Part shown: piece by piece, positions 27,720-39,055 of the stretch
Numbering within the stretch: position 1 is the first letter of the stretch
Layout: each line of letters opens with the position of its first letter
NCBI RefSeq assembly: GCF_009914755.1
Contig: NC_060948.1
From: the human T2T-CHM13v2.0 reference genome, Homo sapiens
Strand: one strand, 5' to 3'
Length of the DNA stretch: 64,000 nt
Position numbers and translations under genes: made by a program
The notes under the pieces: generated by a model
Told to the model about the DNA's origin: nothing
Seen by the model: the letters and a program-made list of their open reading frames with translations, nothing else
Database searches by the model: none

Positions 27720-29569
27720 GAAGAAAAAAAGTTTATTTTTATTCATTTATGCAAAGACAGTATCAGCAATAGGTAGTAGGAACATTTTTCTCAGTTTAGA
27801 ATTAATTTTCCATTTTGAAAGGGACTTAATATCTTCTTTACCTTACTCTATTAAATACTTCAACAAAGACAAAAATTTATTCCTTTACTTTTCCTTAAGG
27901 TCATATCGGAATAATTAGAATTAACTCTTTAGAATGTAGGTATCATTTACAGAAATCTGGAGATTTAATCACAGAATGATGTATGTCGGAATGTTAAAAG
28001 CACTAAAAAAACTATGGATAATTTTTTAATGGACAAAGTCATGGTGCTTTCAATTTCTGAGGTGTAATAAAGCCTTCTTGGGAATTCTAAAGTTTAAAGA
28101 CTGTATCCTTCGGATTCCGAATGAAAATTTTGAGAAATCATAGACCCCAGTGGGCATTAGTAATATGGCCCATAGTAACGACATTAACTTAGAGTCTCCA
28201 CGTTTTAGGGAAGAAGCCATTGAAAGAAGGGCCAGAAAGCCACTTTAAACACATGTCCATGGCAGATCAAATGATACTGATACAAATGTTTCCCTTAGAA
28301 AGGTATTATATCCCATTGCTACCATTCCACGGCTTGGCCTTTGAACTGCTCATACAGCTACTTCCATTCTTTACATCACCAGTTCTAAGAGCAAACCTCC
28401 TGAAAGACTAGTAAAAGAGGCTGGGAAAACAAGACTGTGAGTATAGCAAAAGGGCTCTGGTGCTCTAGCTGTGTGGTCACAATATAAAATGAGGACACTA
28501 CCTAATCTAGAAACAACATGCCTCTTCTGGACATATTTTATTTTACAGAAGGAAATATAACAGGCTAAAAAACAAAAATAAAAATCTATTTATAGCAAGT
28601 AACTAATACTTCAATGTTTTTATAAAAACAATTCCTTTCAGATACTCCGATTAACCTTTGAGTGACATAAAAAAGCTGCAGCGTTCTTTAATACCAGTAT
28701 TTTGCAAATTTCACATACAGCCATTAAGTTTAGCATTTCAAGGAACAATTTTTTTTATAAAAAAGAATGGTAACTCATTGAGAAGGTTATATACCCAGTA
28801 AAGTTTAGTTTGTCTTGGATTCTTTAAAAAATTAGGCCCAGAATTTTAGTTATCCTAACTACTATCCCAATCAAATTGGACATACATATGTGGATTCTAG
28901 ATAAAAGATAAAATACTTTGAATAAACATTATGACTCACTGATTGGACTGTTTGCTTAGAATCTGTTTTACTGGGTTTGGATAAGACTTCAATAAAGCTA
29001 ACTATACATTGAGTTCCACTGATTAAAAATGCAGTTTTAAAAATTCTGCTTTTGAGGTAAATTTCTAGATAAATCATAAATGCAAAGCTCAATACTGAAA
29101 TATTGTACTGTTCACAGGTACTTCTTGGAGAAGTGAAATGCTTGTGTTCAGACTATCAAAATTGTTAGCTTTCAAATCAGGTTTTAAAAACTTTTTTGAA
29201 AGTCAGTATTTGCTTTTAAACACTTAAAATGCAAGTTTCAATTTTTTAAAAATCCTTGCAGATAAATCTTAACATTCTTTCAGTCTCGATTATTTGTTAC
29301 TTTAAACTATATATTAAACACAGAACCAGGTTCTAAATAAACATCTAATGAAGAACAGTTTCAGTGTTAAGATAAAACTAGAGAGTCTAATAATACAAGT
29401 TATACAGAAAGTTTCAGTGTGATTTACCAAAATTCAGAATTTCTGTAATAGTGGAAAACTTTTAGCTTAATATTCAAAACCAGCAACTTCCCATGAAACT
29501 AGATAGCTGAGAGGATCCAACAGATTTAAATACTGCCAAACTTCTTCTAAAGCGATGCACTCTTTTACC
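27720..29569 (-). other. DAZ1: Last exon (3'UTR; DAZL exon-11 homolog)
   Basis: tcttttccag acceptor followed by GKRVHRFRRSLAVFKSV, similar to DAZL DKRVHHFRRSRAMLKSV; AU-rich and repeat-free; 3' end inferred from poly(A) signals. Confidence 0.8.
27732..27743 (-). terminator. Tandem AATAAA AATAAA polyadenylation signals
   Basis: + strand tttatt at 27732-27737 and 27738-27743, followed on the minus strand by a U run, a CA and a GU/U-rich tract. Confidence 0.75.
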
Positions 29570-30619
29570 CTGGAAAAGACAGAAATAGTCCTTTTATTTT
29601 ACTGAAAATTTCTGATGACTACTATGGATCTGAAAGTTGTCAAAACTTAAACCATTTGTTTTGGGTTTAAACATTATAAATAATGAGAAAAAAAGATGAT
29701 TCTTTTCAGGAAGCATATTTGAACACTGGGATAACAAATGTACCAAGATGGCTAGTTTTATTAAACAGTTAAAAAAAGAAATCAATAATTAAATAAAACA
29801 AATTCCAGTAAACTGAGAAATAAAAGGACTTAAACTCAGTATCATTTTATGTACTTCTTAGTTAATAATTTTGCAGTAATGTCCCAAAGACAGCTGGTAG
29901 AAAATGTAATTGTAAAGAATACTTTTTTCACTAATTGAACTGCATTTAATACCAACTACAGCTTGCGAACTGCTCTCCAATCTGAAATTTCGTGTTTTTA
30001 GATTAAAATATGTAAGTTTTGGCATTTGAAGAACATATCATTAACCTGTGAAGACATATCATTCTTTAGAAAGGAAGATAAAACTTTAAAATACATGCAA
30101 AACTTTCTTTTCACTCTATGTTGCCTGCAGACGTGCAGAGAGAAGTGAGAGGTCTTACAAGGAGGAATGGGAATGAGTGAACGAGTAATAACATTTCCTT
30201 TTCTACAAAGCTGTGCCCTTTTTTTAAGACTTCAGTTTCATTTTCATATAAATAAAAGTGGCTTCTGGAAGTTACCTCATCTGTCAAAAGAGTGATAATC
30301 AATTTAGGTTAAAATCTAGAAAACTGGTCACCAACATGTATATTCAGAGGTCATGTAGGAAACAAGATTGTGAAAGGGCTAGATAACTAAGACAATGAAG
30401 AGAAATCGGCTATGGAAATTGTAAATACATTCAAAAATATCTCAGGCATTCTAATTCAATATAACAACGTGCAGTCAATTAAAATAGGTCTAAATGTCAG
30501 ACAACTGCAGGATGCCAACTTCTGATTCCTCTCCCAAATAAGCAGAAAACTCTGGAAGTTTCAAAGCGAGTCTTTTGTCTACCACCAGGTGAGAACTCAA
30601 GTTTAAAAAAATATTTTCT

Positions 30620-31235
<616 letters not shown>

Positions 31236-31604
31236 ACAAAAAACTATCTTCTGCTTTGAAAATCACTTAAGTACTACTGTAGACACCAATGTAATCAGAA
31301 TTTTCGGCAAGATAAGCTGATGTACAATTCCAGTTCTTTCTTTTCTAAATTGTACTATCTATATAGAACGAAGCAACAAGAGAACAAATGTCAAATTTAA
31401 ATATATTTACTCCATGTTGCAAAGATGTTAAGAACTTAATTCTGCTATCTGGCTCTACTCTTCTACATTATACAGAAGATTCATAATATAACCCTTTAAA
31501 AAGGCTTAGGCTTCATCCCATATCCATTCACAGACAAAAATAAGCTAGTTCTGTTGTAAGACACAAAGTGATGGTTAAACATTTTCTTTTGAATGTAAAG
31601 TGTG

Positions 31605-32190
31605 TAGCCAGTTTTGACAAATCTGGCAGTTCCACTAAAGGTTAAATATGACTTAGCAATTCCATTCCCAAGTATATACGCAAGAGAGGTAAGCACGTAT
31701 GTCCCCACAGTAACTTGTACATGAATGTTCACAGCATTAGTTATAACAGCTAAAAAGTGGAAATAATCCAAATGTCTTTAACAGATGAATGCATAAACAG
31801 AATAAGGTAATATCTACAAATAAAAAGAAATGATTAAGTTCTGATACGTGCTAGAATATTGATGAACCTTACAAACATTATGCTGAGTGAAAAAATCCAG
31901 TCACAAAATGCCACATCATTATGTATGATTCCATATACAAGAAATCTCCAGGACAGGAAAATCCTTAGAGGAAAAAAGTAAATTAGTGTTTGCCTAGGGA
32001 TACACACAAGTTCCAGGAAAATAGCAGGTGACTGCTAAGGTACGGGGGTGATTTTTGAGGTGATTTAAATATTCTAAAATTGATTGTGGACATGGTTGCA
32101 CAACTTTGAATATATGAAAAAACAGTGAAGTGCACATTTTAAATACATAAATTGTATTACTGGTATTATTTTAATAAAATTGTTATTTAA
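31605..32190 (+). mobile_element. L1MB 3' fragment (intronic)
   Basis: GCAATTCCATTCCCAAGTATATA and GATGAACCTTACAAACATTATGCTGAGTGAAA motifs. Confidence 0.7.
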
Positions 32191-32578
32191 AAAACACCTT
32201 CCCTTTATTAACCATAATATTTTTCTCCCACCGGACTGACCAAGTTAGTTCTTTTTCGTATTTATAGACTTAGAACCACAGGGACCCAGAAACCTTTAGT
32301 CCTGTACCTTCTCATTTTAGACTTGTAAGAATTAGAGCCTTAATAAAAGATTTATCTATCCAACATGGATAGAAAGTGGGATCAGAAGTCAGATCTTTCT
32401 GGAATTCAACTAGCCACATTCTCTTCCGCTTCACCAACTCTGAATCAACCTCTCTTTCTACTCAACTTTTTACTGCTTCATTTTACCCCTTTTCTCCCTT
32501 CACACTGTTCAGGTGTATCATCTGAGTAAATCATTTCTTTTCTTCTCTTTAGTCCAATATGCATGTATTAAGTTCTAC

Positions 32579-32893
32579 TTTTTTTTTTTTTTTTTTTTTT
32601 TTTTGAGACAAGGTCTCTCACTCTGTTGCCCAGGCTGGACTACGACGGCACAATCATGGCTCAGTGCAGCCTCAACTTCCCAGGCTCAAGCGATCCTCCT
32701 GCCTCAGACTCCTCTGGAGTAGTTGGCACTACAGGCATGTACCATCACAACTGGCTGATTTTTGTATTTTTTTGTAGAGATGGTGTTTTGCCTTGTTACC
32801 CAGGGTGGCCTCGAACTCCTGAGCTCAAGCAATCCACCCACCTCAGCCCCCCAAAGTGTTGGGATTACAGGCGTGAGCCTCTGCACCCAGCCA
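32579..32893 (-). mobile_element. AluJ
   Basis: Poly-T then GAGACAAGGTCTC...GGCTCAAGCGATCCTCC. Confidence 0.92.
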
Positions 32894-33119
32894 AGATCTC
32901 CTTTCTGTATCTAAAATTTTATTTTACTATTTGGTCAAGGTAGTCAACTAACTCTCTTCTCTAGTAAACCCTTTCAATTACAAATTTCTGCTGCAGGATT
33001 CTTCCCTAAATTTGACTACATTATATCAAGGCTCGGCAGCAGAAAATATACTGCCAGGTAAAACCCACACTGGTTTACTGGGTTACAGTCAAATGCCAAC
33101 AGTTCAATTAAATGTTCTA

Positions 33120-33432
33120 GGCCGGGCACGGTGGCTCATGCCTGTAATCCCAGCACTTTGGGAGGCTGAGGCAGGTGGATCACGAGGTCAGGAGATCGAG
33201 ACCATCCTGGCTAACACGGTGAAACCCCGTCTCTACTAAAAATACAAAAAATTAGCTGGGCGTGGTGGTGGGCGCCTGTAGTCCCAGCTACTCGGAAGGC
33301 TGAGGCAGGAGAATGGCGTTAAGTAAACCTGGGAGGTGGAGCTTGCAGTGAGCCTAGATGGGGCCACTCACTGCACTCCAGCCTGGGCGACAGAGGAGAC
33401 TCCGTCTCAAAACAAAAAAAAAAGAAAAAAAA
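33120..33432 (+). mobile_element. AluY with two small insertions
   Basis: GAGATCGAGACCATCCTGGCTAACACGG diagnostics. Confidence 0.93.
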
Positions 33433-33567
33433 TTCCTCTAAGAAAGCCCAAAATACATGTGCCACAAGGAAAACAGCTAACTTGAGAGGGAACAAGTGTG
33501 CTTTTTAATTATGCATGCCATTCCTTTCATACCTTGAAGCAGTCATCTTGAGTAACAACGGAATTTA

Positions 33568-33631
33568 TCAGTCTCTTCTCTGGATTAAACAGACAAGATA
33601 CCACCATTTGTATGCTTCGGTCCACAGATTT
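33568..33631 (-). CDS. DAZ1: Coding part of exon 10 (exon 33533-33631): (R)NLWTEAYKWWYLVCLIQRRD*
   Basis: gtgtttcag acceptor, AAG|gtatga donor, TGA at 33570-33568. Confidence 0.92.
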
Positions 33632-33771
33632 CTGAAACACAGAAGTTTTCAGTAATGTAAAGACAACTCTTTCTTTCACTCACTCTTAATAAGGGTGTGT
33701 TTTGGTTTTTCTTTTGATGGTTTAATGAACATATCAGTTTATTTCCAAAGAAATGCAAAAATGCTAAAAGA

Positions 33772-34062
33772 GGCTGGGAGCAGTGGCTCACACCTCTAAT
33801 CCCAGCACTTTGGGAGGCCGAGGAGGACGCATCACCTGATATCAGGAGTTCAAGACTATCCTGGCCAACATGGCGAAACCCCTTCTCCACTAAAAAATAC
33901 AAAAATTAGCTGGGTGACGGGTGCCTGTAATTCCACCTATTGGGGAGGCTGAGGCAGGGAGAATTACTGGAACCTAGGAGACAGAAGTTGCAGTGAGCCG
34001 AGATCACACCACTGCACTTCCAGCCTGGGCGACACCGCAAGACCCTGTCTCAAAAAAAAAAA
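33772..34062 (+). mobile_element. AluS
   Basis: Dimer with A tail and a small deletion in the right arm. Confidence 0.9.
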
Positions 34063-34970
34063 GAAATTCATAAAAATGTGATTCATAATTCCTGCCACAT
34101 ATCCTCAGTATGTACGTTTTCTGACAAATCGAAGAATTATTTTAGAACCTTAGCGATAGAATACTGGTTTAAAAAGCTGAATTTGTTAAATCCCTAAGTG
34201 AATTCCAATGTTTCAAGAAAACATACTCAGAACAAAACCAGACAATTATACTGTAAGAGTTATGTTTTCATATTTATTCACATTTTAAAATCCAATATCA
34301 AATCAAGGAATTTACACTGCAATGGGACTTCTTGGGTATTATACATATTACCAGCACATCAACTACTTCCACACGCCCACCTATCTAACAGAACATATGT
34401 GACGCCAGGAGTGACAGTACTGTTATTACAGAAATTTGCACTAATGATAAAAAAAAGAAACAACCCTGTCTATTTCAGTGTTTGAATAATTACTACTGAC
34501 TTCACCACTGTTGGAAACTTCTGCCACATATAATGTTATGGAGAGAATGCTTATTTAAATGGTATTTTTCACTGCTTAAGATCAAAACTGTTGTAAAAGA
34601 AAAGGGACATACAATTCGTACTAATTCTTCTTTTGAGTAGAATTCTAGAGGAAACCCTCCCATAGCATTCTGCCAAATCATATTAATACAGTATTTATTA
34701 AAGAATGGCTTTTTAAAATTAGTGAAACTGAAATACAGGAAAGGACTTGCTGAATCAGAAACTTTAGGTATATACTGAAAATTTGGGGTATCTGAAATTT
34801 CAACAACCTTTACATTAACTGCTGACTATCAGTCCATTATTTAAGCTCCATGATTTATGGCTAACATTTTTAAATTTGGGCAAAAATGTTTGCTTCTCAA
34901 AAAAAGTCATTCAAATTAGAAAAAAATATGAAATATATATTGTAAAAAAAATTCAAAATTAGATGTTTGC

Positions 34971-35084
34971 CTTTTGTGGGCCATTTCCAGAGGGTGGGGT
35001 AGCTTCATGAATTGAGCATTCATTTAGCACAACATCACCTCCTGTATCAACTTCACTACAGTGACAGTTAAGAGCTGAATAAGC
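34971..35084 (-). pseudogene. Vestigial DAZL exon-9 homolog: AYSALNCHCSEVDTGGDVVLNECSIHEATPPSGNGPQK
   Basis: 114 nt open frame resembling DAZL AYSAVNYHCNEVDPGAEVVPNECSVHEATPPSGNGPQK (recalled); atag acceptor; donor is AAG|gcaaac, not GT. Confidence 0.88.
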
Positions 35085-35828
35085 CTATATTTAAAATAAT
35101 GAAAGTGTAATTAAACAGATAATACAGATACGTTTAAAAGCTACTTATTTATTCCTCAAAAAGGTGAGCTGGTATCAAAAGTTTCAATGTAGGTTGTGTT
35201 GAAATTCAATTGTGTTACTTCAGAAACCTTGTTTTAAACGAAAAGTTGAAATGCATTAAGGCAGCCTTTTGTTTTAAAACGTCTTCCAGGTATCAACATA
35301 ATCAGAGGTAGAAGGATTCTAAGAAACAAATGTAGTTAAGGGAGTGTTTGAGAATTTTAACACTTACTATATCCTTCAAATATCCAATCGTGATGTAAGA
35401 CAGCAGCTCTGTTGTATTAGAGGTAATACTCTTGTTTTATTCCTATTCCTCTTTAAGAGTAATTAATAGCAAAACATTTCGGTTTCTCCTCAACAAATGT
35501 TTTATGGCTAGTAAAGCCAGAGGCATATTCTAGGCAGATACATGCTAATTCTAAAGCCAGTTAATACCGCCATTCCTGGATTATATAATCTATCAACAAG
35601 TAACTGAACACTTATCATTATGTGGACCAGCCACTGTTTCAGCACACAAAAATGTGAGAGACAAAAAGGCACTGTTGCTCCCATGGGAGTTTATAATTGG
35701 GTTAAAAATAAAGTAACAAAACATAAAACATTAATATAAAGAACCATTTAAAAATATCTACAGGCATATATGGCATAGAAAAAAGTCAAGAAAGATGAGG
35801 AAGTATACGTTTCACTAATTCACTTTAC

Positions 35829-35871
35829 TCCATAACCCCTTTTGCTCCCCAACAGGCCACTGCGGTAGCAC
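35829..35871 (-). pseudogene. Terminal exon-8 copy (43 nt, VLPQWPVGEQ...), 8 nt shorter than the 51-nt ancestral form
   Basis: Long pyrimidine tract + aag acceptor; weak GGA|gtaaag donor at the position homologous to 38187-38188. Confidence 0.75.
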
Positions 35872-36567
35872 CTTAAAAAAATAAAAAGAAGGAAACCAAA
35901 ACTATTAAAATATTCCTACACATTTTCAAAAACTCATGAGATACACAATATTGAAGCACTTATCATGCTGGCTCATTTGTTATTAAAGTGAAAGAAACAG
36001 AGTAAAAAAAAAAAAAGAAGTACTTTATGTTTCTAATCCCTGATGTTCTTGTTACTTTTATACATAAAACCTCGCCATTTTCCCAATTTTCTGGAGTTGG
36101 CATTGTGGAAATCTCAAGGATACTAGTTTTTTCAATTTATTACTTATCACCATAGATATGATTATGGGTCACAGATGTAGTCATATCTATGAAAAGAGGC
36201 CCAGAGAACTACTATCATGAAGCAGCAAGCTTAAAATAAAAATATAATTGGAATTCTGTGCTCTAAGAATGGGATGATAAAAAGATGAAAAAGATGAAAA
36301 AATACACGCTGAAATATAGAAGGGGACAACGAATCTCAGAAAACTGTTTTACAGAAAAGTTATTGCTAAGTATATCCCTGTCAAAATGTTAATTCATTAC
36401 TTCTAAATAATACAGAGGGCTTCATTCTAGACCATTGCAAGTGTTTTCCTAAATTTTAGGTACATTTCACTAGTTTAAAATGACACACTATTTGGGAAAT
36501 TCATATAAACAAGTTAAAGGCTTCAATAATATCTGAAAACAAATCATTTTACTCCCTCTTCAATTAC

Positions 36568-36639
36568 CTGATAATTACATACAGGCAACTGACACCCAGT
36601 GGTGACCTGACCTGGTGAATTTGGATAAGTAGGATATGT
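36568..36639 (-). pseudogene. Extra DAZ-repeat exon copy downstream of used exon 8 (TYPTYPNSPGQVTTGCQLPVCNYQ); vestigial or alternatively spliced
   Basis: 72 nt, intact actttcag acceptor and gtaatt donor, no stops. Confidence 0.8.
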
Positions 36640-38204
36640 CTGAAAGTAAGTTTACAGAAAGAATGAATATGGTAAAACATCTTTTTAAATTAGAAAAAAA
36701 TATTATTCCCAAAATAAAAAAAATGAAAAACTTTAAAATATTTATTAATTTTCTATATAAAACAATGCAGAATTCTAAATGAATGAATGACTTCAGGAAG
36801 AAATAAATATTCTCTGTCAAGTGCTAAGCCCCTTTGGGTGGGGCGGGGGAACACACAAATGACAAAGTAGTGACTATTTCACCAGGCAAAGTTCACCTTA
36901 CTGACACTGTGTACTTATGCCCACCCAGAAGTTGTTTCTTACACTGCTGGTAAGGCTCCATTAAGACAGATCTCAATGTAAGTTAAGTTAATACATTTGC
37001 TATTTCTTTGTCAATATACTTCCAGATAGTTTTGTGTTTGACAATATTACAGGGTAATATGTAGTTCTCCTACAGATGTTATGTTTTTTTTCTGTACTTC
37101 ATTTCGAAAAACTAAGGGCAGTGTACAATCCAAAACTGGAGAAGGACAGTACGATGTCTTATATGTTTCGATAAATACTTATTGTTTGAAAACATATAGG
37201 AAGCAGCATACATGAATACACCCAAATTCAGTAATGGCTCACCGTAAATGTTAGAAACAAGTAGGGCTTTGTCTCTAGCCATTGTTCAGAGAAGAAAAAA
37301 GAAGAAGAGGTATATCCTACACATTTCAAGTACACAGAAAATGTCAATAAATGAGAGACACTGAAGAACTATTTCACTACTATTTTGTTACTTTATTTTC
37401 CATCAAAGAAAATGTCTTTTAAACTAACACATAAATAAAATGGACTAAGAAGAAAACAGACGTTATTTATCACCAATAAGTGATAGAGTATGTCAAATCC
37501 TACTTTAAATATCAAAGTAATCAGGATCAGAGAAATTACATGCCAGAAATTCACAGGATTTATAGGTACAGTAAAATAGGTCAGAAATCTATACATTCCA
37601 GACCGAGAATATATCCCGAAGTCAGCAGTTTATATGAGGAGTCAACTGGAAATCATTGCAAGTAAAGAAGAGCTAGATTAATCGCTATCCTTAAAGAATA
37701 AACTAGGCAGAAACATTAGAACAGCTGCTTTCAAATGTTTTCAGAACTAGGTATAATGGGGGAAAGAAGTTCAGGTATTTTAGAGGTAATACTCTTTTTT
37801 TATTCCTATTCTTATTTAAGAGTAATTAACAGCAAAACATTTCTGTTTCTCTTCAACAAATTTTTTGTGGCTGGTAAAACCAGAGGCAGACCCTACGCAG
37901 ATACATGCTAATTCTAAAGTGACATTAATACTATCTTTCTTAGATTACACAGTCTATCAACAAGTAACTGAACACTTATTATGTGGACCAGCCACTCCTT
38001 AAGCACACAAAAACCTGAGAGAGAAAAAGGCACTGTTGCACCCATGGGAGATTGTAACTGGGTTAAAAAGAAAGTAACAAAATGTAACACATTAATATAA
38101 AGAATCATTTAAAATATTTATAAGGCATAAATGATATGGAAAATAATCCAGAAAGAACAGAAGTACATGGTAGGCTAATTCACTTTACCAGAGGTACAAC
38201 CTAC

Positions 38205-38239
38205 CTCCTTTGCTCCCCAACAGGGCACTGCGGTGGCAT
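38205..38239 (-). CDS. DAZ1: Used exon 8 (35 nt): MPPQCPVGEQR(R)
   Basis: tttttaag|ATGCCACCGCAGTGCCCTGTTGGGGAGCAAAGGAG|gtaggt; ends in phase 2 and joins exon 10 to give the DAZ C-terminus. Confidence 0.9.
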
Positions 38240-38983
38240 CTTAAAAAAAAAATAGGAAAACAAAATTATTCAAATATTCATAAACATTTTCAAAAACAAA
38301 TGATATATAAAATATTGAAGTACCTATGCTGGCTCCTTTGTTATTATAATAAAAGAAAGACAATGGAAAAAAGAAGTACTTTATGGTTCTAATTCCTGAC
38401 ATTCTTGTTGTTACTTCCACATACAAATACGAAACCACACCTTTTCCCCAATTTTTGGATTTGGCATTGTGGAAATCTCAAAGATGTTACTACTTTGAAC
38501 TTATTATGCTACATATGATTATTGGTCATAGATAGAGTCCTCTCTACTATGAAAAGAGAACCAGACAACAATTGTCGGGAAACAGCCTACTAAATGAAAC
38601 TATAATTTGAATTATGTGCTCTAAGAATTGGGTAATAATTTTATTTACTCTATATCCCTAAAAAATTCATGAAAGTCATCCTGGAGGTTTCATTCAGCTA
38701 TTTGACAGCAAAGATGAAAACTATATCCTGAAATATAGAAGGGTCAAATCTCAGAAAACTGTTCTACAGAAAAGTTATTGCCAAGTACATTCCTGTCAAA
38801 ATATTACCTCATTACTTCTAAATCAGACAGAGGTCTTCATTCTACACTAATTCTAAGTGTTTCCTTAAATATTAGGTACACTTCACTAGTTTAAAATGAC
38901 CAACTATTCAGGAAATTTGTATAAACAAGTTAAAGGCCTCAATAATACCTGAAAGCAAATCATTTCATTCCTTCTTACATTAC

Positions 38984-39055
38984 CTGGTAATTGTATACAT
39001 GGAACTGATATCCAGTGGTGACCTGAACTGCTGAATTTGGATAAGCAGGAAATGC
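38984..39055 (-). CDS. DAZ1: DAZ-repeat exon: AFPAYPNSAVQVTTGYQFHVYNYQ
   Basis: 72 nt AG/GT exon, last repeat before the used exon 8. Confidence 0.95.

Noticed and set aside
28109-28121. TTCGGA-T-TCCGAA inverted repeat in the 3'UTR
   Set aside because: Too short to exceed chance expectation
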